A stretch of 64,000 bases of DNA from Octopus vulgaris (taxonomy: Eukaryota), in assembly GCA_951406725.2 (NCBI GenBank), contig OX597837.1, positions 29,698,001 through 29,762,000 on the forward strand, written 5' to 3'. The position numbers and the translations under genes are program-made. Under the pieces are notes generated by a model. The model was not told where the DNA came from and made no database searches. It worked only from the letters and a program-made list of their open reading frames with translations. This document shows, one piece after another, positions 1 to 12,407 of this stretch. Position 1 is the first letter of the stretch. The number at the start of each line of letters is the position of its first letter.

Positions 1-276
1 AAATGTAAATAAACCCAATGTGTTTCTTAAACGAGGCACATATTCATACAGCACAGAATGTTTTTTTTTACCTCAATAGACGTCAGTGATTGGTTGAAAT
101 TGCAGAAATTGAAGTGAAAAAAACAACAAATATCTTACAAACTATAGAATTTCCTCAATAAAGGCCAAGAGAAAAAGATGTTTTATAAACACATTCTACC
201 AGTATACGAAGTTTAAAATTTTTTAGTTACGTGGAAATTATTCTAAAAAAACTGCCGGTCAAACCGAAAAGGTCCC
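1..276. mobile_element. Right part of Merlin-like MITE (family M1, GGATCTTTTCGGTTTGAACGGCAG TIR)
   Basis: Matches the right ~275 bp of the full copies at 7980-8399 and 22643-23075, ending in a degenerate TIR. Confidence 0.8.
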
Positions 277-279
277 TGA

Positions 280-682
280 ACCCAATCCCTTTCAGCCTCG
301 TCCACCAGGCAAAAGGAAAACTACCTTGCCTGCCCGATTAAAGGAGGATGGCGGGGCAGCCATTGCTATGGACTCGGACGACAGACGGATCCGTCCTACA
401 CGCGACAGCAGCTGTTCGACTTAACTCCAACAATTCAGCAATTCCCGGACACTAAGCGAGTGCATGCAGAACGGGTTTCGTCGCTCTGCGCACATCTCGA
501 ACAAGTCCGTCCTGACAGCAGCACATCTATGTCTGTAGGTAGAGTTTATCTCGAACCGATAGAGCCCCCCCCCCCACGCGACTCCCACTCGGTGGCACTG
601 ATAAGTGAAAGGCATCTTCTAGAGATCCTTGCAGATGGCGTAACCCGCGCGCGTGTCTACGCGTCAAAAGCCACGGCATGCC
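280..682 (-). mobile_element. Degenerate L1/Tx1-type LINE ORF2 C-terminal fragment
   Basis: GC-rich island. Minus-strand frames with frameshifts give GALSVRDKLY..CSRCAQSDET..LHAL..C, resembling the zf-RVT region of Tx1/L1 elements. Confidence 0.55.
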
Positions 683-722
<40 letters not shown>

Positions 723-792
723 GATAATAATGATAATAATAATGAGGATAATAATAATAATAATAATGATAATAATAATAATAATAATAATG

Positions 793-831
<39 letters not shown>

Positions 832-911
832 TAATAACAATAATGATGATGATGATAATAATAATAATATTAATAATAATGATGATAATGATAATAATAA
901 TAATAATAATG

Positions 912-946
<35 letters not shown>

Positions 947-1002
947 AACAATGATGATAATAATAATGATAATAACAACAACAACAACAACAACAACAAT
1001 AA
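683..1002. repeat. (AAT)n/(GAT)n/(AAC)n compound microsatellite
   Basis: Seen directly; it produces the poly-I/N/L/Y pseudo-ORFs. Confidence 0.97.
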
Positions 1003-1430
1003 TCGCACAGATTCTGAAGTCTGGTGTTCGTTTTGTTTCTATATACATCCTCCCGCTCAAAAGTATACATTCATTTTTAATATAAATAGAATTGTCTCAT
1101 TGACATATTCTGGCTAAATTGTACCATCAATAAATAATCGAATTATGCCTTCATTTATCATCGATCTGTTCAATCACTTCAAATGAGTATCTCCCCTAAT
1201 CATTCTAAAAACGTCAGGTTGAAATTTCTCCAAACTACAACCGTTTCTTTCAGTTGGTGTATTTATTAGATTTAATATTTATGATGGTAGGATGCGTAGC
1301 AAACGACAGAAAATATATTAAATAAATAATATTCGGAATTATACCACCTTCACACGTGTGCCCCACCGATTTTGTTGCTTCATAAATTCAAGAAGAATGG
1401 ATATTCTTTTAATGAAATTTTCTACATATA

Positions 1431-1826
1431 GGTGTAGGAATGGCATTGTGGTAAGTAGCTTGCTTACCAACCACATGGTTCCGGATTCAGTCCCACTGCG
1501 TGGCACCTTGGGCAAGTGTCTTCTACTATAGCCTCGGGCCGACCAAACCCTTGTGAGTCAATTTGGTAGATGGAAACTGAAAGAAGACTGTCGTATATAT
1601 GTATATATATGCGTGTGTGTGTTTGTGTGTCTGTGTTTGTCCCCCTAGCATTGCTTGACAACCGATGCTGGTGTGTTTATGTCCCCGTTACTTAGCGGTT
1701 CGGCAAAAGAGACCGATAGAATAAGTACTGGGCTTACAAAAGAATAAGTCCCGGGGTCGAGTTGTTCGATTAAAGGCGGTGCTCCAGCATGGCCGCAGTC
1801 AAATGACTGAAACAAGTAAAAGAGTA
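1431..1826 (+). mobile_element. tRNA-derived SINE, family A (full length; a 5' partial copy follows at 1829-2025)
   Basis: A/B-box-like head (TGGTAAG..GGTTCAGTCCC consensus), CCTTGGGCAAGT core, central TA/TG microsatellite, AAAAGAGTA tail; more than 12 copies in the window. Confidence 0.9.
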
Positions 1827-2783
1827 TAGGCGTAGGAGTGGCTGTGTGGTAAGTAGTTTGCTTACCAACAACATGGTTCTGGGTTCAGTCCCAGTACATG
1901 GCACCTTGGGCAAGTGTCTTCTACTATAACCTCGGGCCGACCAAAGTATTATGAGTGGATTTGGTGGACGGAAACTAAAAGAAGTTCGTCGTATATATGT
2001 ATATATATATATATATGTGTATGTGCTAGAAACAACAGCTAAATCTCCCTTAAATCACACTTTTTTTTTTCGTCTGAAAACATTTGGAAATTTTTTTTCG
2101 GTTTTATTTTTTTCGACCTAAAAGGTTTCTCCCATCATTTTTAAGTGCGTAGCACAGGATCACACACACACACACACACATACAAAGCGTGGTGGGGAGA
2201 AAAAAAATCAAAACTTTCAAACAATATGGTTAAAAATATTTTCATAAAAAGCTGTCCTCCACCCATTAACACCCTCACGAACGAAATGGAAAGAAAAAGA
2301 CTTGGAAAAATCTAACTTATGTAGGAGTCCTGATCCGAAACTCCGCCGCCCTTTATACTTACGGGGGGCCCTGGAACAAATAGCAATAAGCGTTTTACTA
2401 GGGTCCATTCCATTGACTATGCACACCCATTTTGAGTCTGTAGCTTTGCGCAAAAATTTGAAATTTGTGTCACCGAAGAGTGAGTCTTAGAATTCACTTG
2501 TCCCCACGTTATTGTTCATTTACCTTTCTTTTAACTTCTTATTTTCAACTCTCTTTCCCTATTTATTTATCAAGCTATTTCACTTTCTCTCCCAAAATAT
2601 ATTTTTTTCATCTAGATCAGAAGTTCTCAACCAGCTCCTTATGACCGCTGGCGGGGTGGAGTCCATATAGAATTTGGTGGGGTCCGTTCAAGCAAAGTAG
2701 TATACTGGATTTCTACGTAGCATTTTTATGAATCTATTGCGAAAAACAGGTTTCTTTCTACCACATATTTCTCAACATATGTA

Positions 2784-2979
2784 GGCGTAGGAGTGGCTGT
2801 GTGGTAAGTAGCTTGCTTACCAACCACACGATTCCCGGTTCAGTCCCACTGCGTGGCACCTTGGGCAAGTGTCTTCTACTATAGCCTCGGGCCGACCAAA
2901 GCCTCGTGAGTGGATTTGGTAGACGGAAACTGAAAAAAAACCCGTCGTATATGTGTGTGTATGTATGTATGTATGTATG

Positions 2980-3014
<35 letters not shown>

Positions 3015-3229
3015 GTGTGTATATATTTGTGTTCTGTGTTTGTCCCCCCAACATCGCTTGACAACCGAGGCTGGTGTGTTTACGTCCCCGTCACTTAGCG
3101 GTTCGGCAAAAGAGGCCGATAGAATAAGTACTAGGCTTACAAAGAATAAGTCCCGGGGTCGATTTGCTCGACTAAAGGCGGTGCTCCAGCATGGCCACAG
3201 TCAAATGACTGAAACAAGTAGAAGAGTAA
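2784..3229 (+). mobile_element. SINE family A
   Basis: Near-identical to 1431-1826. Confidence 0.9.
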
Positions 3230-4436
3230 AAGATAGTAATATTTCCAGCCTTGAAACATATTCTCTCATAGCAATAGATTAAATACCACTAAGTTCTGAG
3301 TTCAAATTTCGCCGAGGTTGACTGCCTTTTATATCTTTTCGGGGTCGATTAAATAAGTACCAGTGGTGCACTGAGGTCGATGTAAATAATTTCAAATTTT
3401 AGCACAAGGCCAGTTATTTCGTGGGGAGGGGGAAAGTCGATTCCATCGATTACCCCCAGCATTCAACTGGTACTTATTTTATCGATCCCGAAAGGCTGAA
3501 AGGCAAAGTCGACCTTGGCGGAATTTGAACTCAGAACAGACGGACGAAATATCGCTAAGCATTTCGCCTGGTGCGCTAACGACTCTGCCAGCTCAATAAT
3601 AATGATAACAAGAACAACAACAACAACAATAATAATACCTAAAAAACACTTAAAAATAAAATTGGTGCTTGTGTTTCGTAACGAGACCTACAATTTTGCC
3701 TCAAACTGATAAATTACTTCCTCGTAATTGAGGTATAATTATAAAATTAACGCTGCTTAACGAGAACAATTTATAACATATTGTTATATACATAAAAGCC
3801 ATAATGGTATAATTGTAATGTCTGGTTTCAATGGAAATTTTTAAAAAACTGATTAATTTCGTAATTAAAGAAGCTTATTTCACCGTCACATTGCCATTTA
3901 GCTTCTTAAGGCTTGTCGCCAAAACCTTATATGTATATATATATATTAATAGATATATAAAAGTTCGATCAAAATCGACGCGAAGATCATATATATATAT
4001 AGAGTGAGAGAGAATCGTATTATATGTTATAAACAAAGAATGGTTTCGACCTTTAAACAAAACAGCGCCAGATTCAGGGACAAAGAGAAAACACGGTTAA
4101 CTCGAACCAGTACTTGACAGGAACAGATTTTACTGACCCTGGGAAGATAATCGATAAAGTCTACATTGGCAGAATTTGAACTCAGAATGTAAGGGAACGT
4201 GACTAAATAACCCAAGGTATTTCGTCTGGTTCCAGTGTTCTACAGATTCTAATAGTGGCTTCTGATTTAGAGACAAGCCCAACAATATTTCGGAGAAAGG
4301 TGTTCGTCGATATAATCGTCTCTAGTTACTCGACTGGGGTACTTGATTTTAACGGTCCGCGGAGGGCTGGAAGGAAGGCGAAGTTGACCTCGATGGGTTT
4401 TGAAACTAGAACGTAAAGAGCCCAGCCCGACACTAA

Positions 4437-4439
<3 letters not shown>

Positions 4440-4469
<30 letters not shown>

Positions 4470-4561
4470 CCGTTTCACTATAGGCAGAAGGCCTGAAGTT
4501 CAGAGGGAGCGGGGTTAGTCGATTATATAGATCCCGTTGCTTAATTTATCGACCCCCTAAA

Positions 4562-4596
<35 letters not shown>

Positions 4597-4705
4597 ATAA
4601 TAATAATAATAATCCGTTCCACTATAGGCAGAAGGCCTGAAGTTCAGAGGGAGCGGGGTTAGTCGATTATATAGATCCCGTTGCTTAATTTATCGACCCC
4701 CTAAA

Positions 4706-4790
<85 letters not shown>
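4440..4790. repeat. Tandem duplication of a ~140-bp unit carrying (AAT)n and (TAC)n tracts
   Basis: CACTATAGGCAGAAGGCCTGAAGTTCAGAGGG...GACCCCCTAAATACTAC occurs twice (about 4470 and 4615). Confidence 0.85.
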
Positions 4791-4793
<3 letters not shown>

Positions 4794-4850
4794 CAGAAGC
4801 AGAATCAGAAGAAGAAGGCTTCTAAAAAAAAAATGGTATGTGGTACCTAC

Positions 4851-5181
4851 CAGCAATGTGTTTTCCAGGATCGTCGCTGAATTCAATGACAGTTAAATTT
4901 CTCCCTTCGACCGAATGTCCAGGAGGGTTATAGACCAACGTGATGTCGGGGCATTTGCTGTGTACCTCGTCCAGCAAAGCGACCATTTGGTCGTAATTGT
5001 GATGGACGAAGTCGGCATTCGACGAGAATTTCGCAGCATCGGAAACAGCTGCTTCGGTTCTTTGAGGCGTTATTGATAACAATAGGAAGGATGAAAGAAC
5101 GATGCCCAAGAACGGGCTAGAACGTGAAGGGCTGACATCGTAGTTCTTAAAACGGCTCGGGGAATTCAGTAAAGGAAACAT
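4851..5181 (-). CDS. CPE: M14B metallocarboxypeptidase (carboxypeptidase E-like), first coding exon; gene continues left of the window
   Basis: ATG at 5181; MFPLL..hydrophobic signal (FLGIVLSSFLLLSI)..FVHHNYDQMVALLDEVHSKCPDITLVYN..SVEGRNLTVIEFSDDPGKHIAG, the typical CPE/CPD N-terminus. Phase-1 donor G|GTAGGT at 4850 falls where EPEFKY..HGNE should follow. The CPE versus CPD assignment is less certain than the family. Confidence 0.85.
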
Positions 5182-5499
5182 GAGCGGATGTATGACGAAG
5201 GTGGATAATTGGTGAATAAAGTGGTTGTTTTTTTTTTTTTTTGTTTTTAAAAATGGAGGATTTGGAATCGATACGTGATGATTTCTGTTTGATGCATCAA
5301 GTGATTTCTCTCGCTCTGTCTTCGCTTCTCTTTGACAGTCTCCGGGTTCCGTCTTGATACAACTGAGGGTTATCTCCCTTGAATACACTCTAAATATATG
5401 TATGTGTGTGTGTGTATGTGTGTTAATTGGTGCGTGTGTGTTTATGTCAGTATGTGTACGAACGTCGTTCTCATTCATGTGTGTATTTGTCTATCTCTT

Positions 5500-5532
<33 letters not shown>

Positions 5533-6092
5533 TATCTCTCTCTATCTCTGCCTGTGTGGGCGGAGATATGTGACGTAGACCCTGTGACGACATACTGTTG
5601 CTAAGCGATTGGATTTACATTATGCTTCTAAATGAATGGTTGGACAACGTGCTATTTTAAATAAATGAGTAAATAAAAATCAGTGAATGTGAATGAAACT
5701 GTTGACTTGGTAAACATTTACTTTCACTATTTATTATCGTCTTCCTCTTCACGCAGCAGATTATACCCACACTTATTCTCCCCACTCTCGCTCTCTTTCT
5801 CTCTCCTCTCACTTCATCTCCCGCTCTCTCCTTTTCTCTCTTACTCTCCTGCACACAAACAGTATATAATAGTGTCAAATTGAGGAACTCGGCTTAGAGT
5901 TTTAAGGTGAAGGGTTTTAGCCGATATCATCATTTGACTTGGTGGTTCTCAACCGTTTTTTTTTTTATCAATCGACTCCTTTGATTAACTATTTTATTCT
6001 GGTGAACACTCACAGCCATTCATTGTTTAAAAGCTAGTTTTATCGCTACTTCTTTCAAAATTCCTATTTCGTTCTACATACGTTCACTCGTA

Positions 6093-6466
6093 GGTACTAT
6101 TTATGAGAGGTCCCGGTGCGCGCACTCGCATACTCGCGCATCCGAGCTAGCTAGTCGTGGCTAGTCGATCCTTACTTTGTGTTTTTGTGTTTTATTTACT
6201 TTGTTTTAAAAAAATATTTACTTTGTTTAAAAAAATTATTTACTTTGTTTTTTGTGTTTTATTTACTTTGTTTAAAAAAATGAATTACTTTGTGTTTTTG
6301 TGTTTTATTTACTTTATTTTTAAAAATTATTTACTTTGTGTAAAAAAATTATTTATTTTGTGTTTTATTTACTTTGCTAGGTAGTCGTTGTAGGATCGAC
6401 TTGTCACGACTAGCTAGCGCGGATGCGCGAGTACGCGCACCGGGACCACTCTTCTTAAATAGTACC
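6093..6466. mobile_element. Merlin-like MITE (family M2) with internal TTTGTGTTTTATTTAC tandem repeats
   Basis: TIRs of ~80 bp starting GGTACTATTT; perfect 8-bp TSD CACTCGTA (6085-6092 / 6467-6474). Confidence 0.85.
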
Positions 6467-7979
6467 CACTCGTATATGGTTTGTAATACCACTCTCTGAG
6501 GGAACATGCATCAGTGATCCGCAATGTGTTGAACTGTTTAAAATTTTAGAGAAAGAAACCAAGCTGTTTCTTTTAAGGACCCGTAGCGACCGCATGATGA
6601 GGTGACGAGGAAAAAGTTAGGATTTTATAGAAAGTAGTAGGCTCGAAATAGGGTTCGAAAAAGGCTGTTCACGTGATGCTATCTAAAGTCTCTGACTGGC
6701 TGTCCGCGGTCAGTAGGCACAACAGAGTAGGGGGCCAAATTGTGCCAATATCAACCAACCAGAGTAGTGGACACAACTGGATACAAACAGCAACCGAAAG
6801 CCAGTTGGTCCCTGCTATGCTCGAATGCACAGATATATAGTCTACGCTACAGACCCTTTAAAAACTACTGTGAATTTACTATTTTGCTGGCGTGGATAAA
6901 ATATAGTACAGTCAAGGTACTGGGGTCGATGGCATCGACTAATCCCCTTTCCTCAAAACTGCTAGCCTTGTAACCTGAAAGAGAAATTGCGCATATAATT
7001 AATACAGTAAGCCCTCACCCTATCGCGGTTCACCTACGCGGTTTATTATTTAAGTTCACGTCGATTCTTCTGTAGTGTTGTTTTGCATTTAAAATAAAAT
7101 AACCCCTAACCCTAACCCTAAAACAGAATGAAATGCAATAGATCGATACTAGGGTCATAATTATGGGTGACAATTTCATATGACACCGTTAGAAAAAACT
7201 GCCGTTCAAACCGAAAAGATCCCAGTCTGGGGACTTAGGTGGCCAGATGTTAGAGGTGATGTGGTCACAGAAATCGTCTGACAGCCACAACTGGGTTCTC
7301 CTGCTTGTGTGGCATGGTGCAGAGTCCTGTTGCCAGACATAGGGTCTTCTAGCAGCCAATTTTTTCATATGACACCGCTAGAAAAAACTGCCGTTCAAAC
7401 TGAAAAGATCCAAATAAAGCTCAACCTCAGAACAGAACAAGTATTCTTTATCCACCCCGAAAAGCTGGAAAGTATAGTTGAACTCAGCGGGAACTGAACT
7501 CAGAGCGTAAAAAGCTGAAATATTACCACGAAACAATCTATATGACGCTCTTGTCGTGACGACCGTATGTAAAGGAGATGGTGACAGAAATGTCTCCTTT
7601 TAAACGCCACATGGTCGCCTATGAAGAAGAGGCCGTAGATATATGGCATAAAAAAATAAGAGTGCCACAATGAATAAGGAAGATGACACAACCGTTCTAC
7701 TGTTTGAGAGAAGAAGACCTTATTTATAGATGTGTACATAATGAGTGCTAGCAGAGTGTTTGTCTGAGTGCATGCAATAAGTGTGTGTCTATGTGTTCAT
7801 TGTAAGCACAAACAAGGTTGAACATGACTGCAACATAAGTGTGTGTTCATGTGTGAGTACAGAAGAACAATAAGGAACAATAGAGAACAAATAGAAATGT
7901 GTCTCTCAGGATACAAATGAATGTTCAGACAAGATGGAGTTAATTGCCAGGTCATAAGAGACACAATAGTAGTGAGTTC

Positions 7980-8399
7980 GGATCTTTTCGGTTTGAACGG
8001 CAGTTTTTTCTAGCGGTGTCATATGAAATTGTCACCCATAATTATGACCCTAGTATCATTCTATTGCATTTCAATCTGTTTTAGGGGTAGGGTTAGGGGT
8101 GGGGGGAAGGGTATCTTTTTCCCTTTACAAATGTAAATAAACCCAATCTGTTTCTTAAACGAGGGACATATTCATAAGGCACAGAATGTTTTTTTACCTC
8201 AGTGGACGTCATTGACTGGTTGAAATTGCAGAAATTGAAGAAAAAAAAACAACAAATATCTTACAAACTATAGAATTTTCTCAATAAAGCCAAGAGAAAA
8301 AGATGTTTTATAAACGCATTCTACCAGTATACGAAGTTTAAAAGTGTTTAGTTACATGGAAATTATTTTAAAAAACTGCCGTTCAAACTGAAAAGATCC
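7980..8399. mobile_element. Merlin-like MITE M1, full length, with internal TTAGGG-like repeats
   Basis: TIR GGATCTTTTCGGTTTGAACGGCAGTTTTT; 8-bp TSD GTGAGTTC. Partial copies at 7101-7223, 7360-7412, 20845-20958 and 26139-26420. Confidence 0.88.
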
Positions 8400-9252
8400 G
8401 TGAGTTCTGTATCAATGAAGTTGGTGGCAAAGAGGAGAGCGGTTACTATGCGTGTAGAAGTTGTGGCTTCAATCCATTGCCAGGTTGCTTTGGTACAGAA
8501 AATTCTTGCAGGTAGACTGGAGCTGTTAACCTTGGTGTATATCCACAACAGCGTAAAGGTTAAACCTGAGCGAGTTGCTGTGTACGTATTGTTGAAGTCA
8601 ACGGTGGTGATAGCGACAGTGGTGGAAAACATCCTGAGATACTGCATGTCAGTGTCGTCGTGGGAACATGGCTGGGTCACTGGAACTGTCGTGGTGTGGT
8701 CAATGGCCGAGAACCAAAGACGATATATAGTGAATTGCTGAAGCCTTTTAAAGTAAAAGGTAGGCTCAAACTGGATTGTGAACAAGCTGTCTCACATGAT
8801 CTTATTGGAAGGTTCTGATTGGTTGGTTTACACATTGGCGAGAAATAAGTCAAGAGGCAAACTGCGCCAATGCCAACCAATCAGAGTAGTGGACACAACA
8901 GGGCCCAAATAGTGGCTAAAAGTTAACTGTTATCTGCTACGGTATTATTTGTACTGCATATCTCAGGGAGCGCGGATGCATTCCACCAACGCTACACTCT
9001 AAAACTCTACCAATTGGCCAATGGTGAAGATGTCATCAAGAAATCATTGTTGGGAGTGAGAAGGTATGATGTGAATTGGCTCCTTTTTAAACACAAGGCT
9101 TAAGGGGGTTAGTTCATTACATGACTATTACTTTAACAAAGTAAGTCATGTATACAGCTTGAACAGACACATGTCAGTACATAAACATCCATTTCTTTGC
9201 AATTTCCTTTATCTCCCCCTATTGTGGTAAAAAAAAAAAATTGGTATCTATA

Positions 9253-9658
9253 GGCACAGGAGTGGCTGTGTGGTAAGTAGCTTGCTTACCAACCACATGG
9301 TTCCGGGTTCAGTCCCACTGCGTGACTGACATCTTGGGCAAGTCTCTTCTACTATAGCCTCGGGCCAACCAAAGCCTTGTGAGTGGATTTGGTTGACGGA
9401 AACTGAAAGAAGCCCATCGTATATATGTATATATATATATATGTGTGTGTATGTTTGTGTGTCTGTGTTTGTCCCCCCAACATCACTTGAAAACCGCTGC
9501 TGGTGTGTTTACGTCGCCGTCACTTAGTGGTTTGGCAAAAAGACCGATAGAATAAGTACTGGGCTTACAAAGAATAAGTCCCGGGGTCGAGTTGCTCGAC
9601 TAAAGGCGGTGCTCCAGCATGGCTGCAGTCAAATGACTGAAACAAGTAAAAGAGAGTA
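9253..9658 (+). mobile_element. SINE family A
   Basis: Full-length match to the family consensus. Confidence 0.9.
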
Positions 9659-9910
9659 TATACTCAAAATATTCAAAAAAGTGGTATCCTTTTTGTTAAA
9701 ATTCTCATTCTTAATAATCTTCTTGATTAACCTAAAAAAATTTTAACCTTATACAGTATGACAATGTTGTTTCAAATGATCTTTAAAAATCACTTGATTT
9801 TTCTCTTTCTTAAATGGCTCTACCCTCCAGATCTTAGTATTTATAAGGACCTTTGTATAAATAATCTTTCTAAATAAGTACCAATAAGAAAATATAAATA
9901 TCCTGTAGGG

Positions 9911-10195
9911 CAGTGGTTCCCAAACTGAGTCGCTACTTATATATAAAAAAATTTTAATCTAAGCAGTTTTTTTTATAAGTAGTGAATTTATCAGCATAGC
10001 AGTGGTTCCCAAACTATGAGTCACGACCCACAGATGGGTTGTGAACGGAATCTTAGTGGGTCACAAAAAGTTATAAAATTACGCATTAGCTTTGATTAAC
10101 TGCTGTCTATCGAGATAGTTCAAGACTTAAGTGGGTCGTCATAAACTGGTGTGATGAATAGTGGGTCGCGACTCTAAAAAGTTTGGGAACCACTG
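9911..10195. mobile_element. hAT (Charlie-like) non-autonomous DNA transposon
   Basis: TIR CAGTGGTTCCCAAACT / AGTTTGGGAACCACTG; 8-bp TSD CTGTAGGG; extra internal TIR at 10000. Confidence 0.88.
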
Positions 10196-10857
10196 CTGTA
10201 GGGAGTAATAATAACTTCTTAAACCTATAATATAAACCTTAATTATAAAAGAAAGATTAGTGTAAAATAGAATTGCTCCATAACTTAATTATTCTTTAAG
10301 CTGATACCAAACATCAGTCTTTTAACAAGTAAATATAATTTTTAGTCCAATATATTTTGAATTATATTTTTTTCTAAAAAAAATCTTCTCTATTGATGTT
10401 GAGAAGCTAAGTATACTTTACCATAGTATTACTAATTAAGCCATTTTATTCCTTTTCTATGGTGTTCTGCCCTTGATTATTTTATTTTATTTTATAATTA
10501 GCTTTTATTCATTTATTTATAAAATTATTCTAAGCTTGTATCTCTATAAATTTCATACTCACTATTTATCACACCAGTTTATGACGACCCACTTAAGTCT
10601 TGAACTATCTCGATAGACAGCAGTTAATCAAAGCTAACGCGTAATTTTACAACTTTTTGCAACCCACTAAGATTCCGTTCACAACCCATCTGTGGGTCGT
10701 GACTCATAGTTTGGGAACCACTGCTATGCTGATAAATTCACTACTTATAAAAAAAACTGCTTAGATTAAATTTTTTTTATATATAAGTAGCATGTTCTTT
10801 TACCTCAATACTCCTTTATTAATACCAGTAAATATCATTTAATCAATATTCACATAT

Positions 10858-11092
10858 ACCTATTTCTTTACTAACCACAAGGAGCTAAACACAGAGAGGA
10901 CAAACAAGGACAGACAAAGGGATTAAGTCGATTATATTGACCCCAGTGCATAACTGGTACTTAATTTATCGACCCCGAAAGGATGAAAGGGAAAGTCGAC
11001 CTTGGCGGAATTTGAACTCAGAACGTAACGGCAGACGAAATACGGCTACATATTTCACCCGGTGTGCTAACGGTTCTGTCAGCTCGCCACCT
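10858..11092 (-). mobile_element. tRNA-derived SINE, family B
   Basis: GGCGAGCTG(G/A)CAGAA..TTCTGAGTTCAAATTCCGCC..CCTTTCGGGGTCGATAAATTAAGTACCAG. Other copies at about 3400-3595, 21475-21660, 23710-24342, 37100-37232, 37512-37750, 38921-39145, 48630-48780 and 62759-63157. Confidence 0.85.
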
Positions 11093-11783
11093 TTTTATAT
11101 ATTCACAGATACCATCTGATAAGTTAGTATTTAAGTATACAATATGTATAAATATATTAAACTATTTCTATATACCTCCCTCTATTGTGATAAAAGTTTG
11201 ATATATACTCAAAAATATTCATAAATTTCTATCCTTTTTGTTACAATATTCTTCTTAATAATCTTTTGAATAACCTTAGACTTTATCTGTATAAAATATA
11301 GCAGCATTGCTTTATGGTATTTAACTGTAGTACAACATGATAAGACTTCCCCTGTTTCATTATCAATGGTCTGCTAGTGGGCAATCCCTTAATTATCAGC
11401 TAACATTTTGTTTTAAATTTTCCCTTACTAAACCTCATGACATTGCTTCTAATAAATCTTGATTTTATGACTATACTATCTATAATGTCTGTCTACTCCA
11501 TCAACTCTACCCCAAACAGATACTACCCTCTGTTTTCTCTCAGCCTTAAATATATAAAGGATTTGATAAACTAGTCTATAAATTAAAACTGACCCCATAA
11601 AAAAAAGAGACAAAATAACAAAATATCAGTGACAGGCAGTGTCTTCTTGAGAAAATTTCAGTTACAACTATGATGTTGTAGGTACAACATGTTCTTTGTC
11701 TATCTCCCTAATTTATTGGCGATCTTAGGTAAAATTATACTAATGTGTCCTTCTGTTCTAATTTAATTAAATTCTATGTCATT

Positions 11784-11877
11784 GTGCAGCTGAAGATTGC
11801 TCTACATTTTAAATTGATGTAATGAAATGATTGCATTGTTCAATTAAATGGAGTTGCATGAAACGATCGTACTGCAT
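11784..11877 (+). ncRNA. Type-I hammerhead ribozyme motif (Penelope-like element type)
   Basis: GTGCAG-CTGAAGA-long stem II-GAAA-CGATCG-TA-CTGCAT: intact core, 6-bp stem I, palindromic stem III; predicted cut after 11871. Confidence 0.75.
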
Positions 11878-12339
11878 TACCTATGGATATCCTTGTTGCT
11901 TATTTTGATTTTAATCACCTTATTTTGAAATTGTATGAATAATACCGTACTAAATTCTGGTGCCTTAACTTATGTACCATATTCATCTGAATATATATAT
12001 TTATAATTATGATAAAGGGTTTTTGTGCAACAAGTTGCTTAAGCCACATACCGAAAATATTAGAAATAGCAGTCAAAGGGCTACTTTTTACCATATATGA
12101 GTTACAAGGGCTGTTGTTTGCGGAGACTTATTTTTGAAGTAATAGTAGCCCTTTGACTGCTATTTCTAATATTTTCGGTATGTGGTTTAAACAACTTGTT
12201 GCACAAAAACCCTTTATTATAATTATATATATTTGTACCGAATATGGTCCTTTCCATACCGAAATTACTACTAGATGAAATTATTGATTTTATTAAATTA
12301 ATTATATTTCACCTTTTATCTGTATATGTTTTCTACAAA

Positions 12340-12407
<68 letters not shown>

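Noticed and set aside
460-1085. Poly-I/N/L/Y ORFs
   Set aside because: Translations of an (AAT)n microsatellite.
5182-5478. 99-aa N-terminal extension of the carboxypeptidase ORF
   Set aside because: Runs through (CA)n and poly-A tracts; the ATG at 5181, before the signal peptide, is the plausible start.
7101-7120. Telomere or chromosome-fusion site from (CCCTAA)n
   Set aside because: Only about three units, and they are an internal part of MITE M1.
8363-8785. 140-aa minus-strand ORF as a host exon
   Set aside because: No recognisable domain or convincing splice context; probably a decayed repeat.
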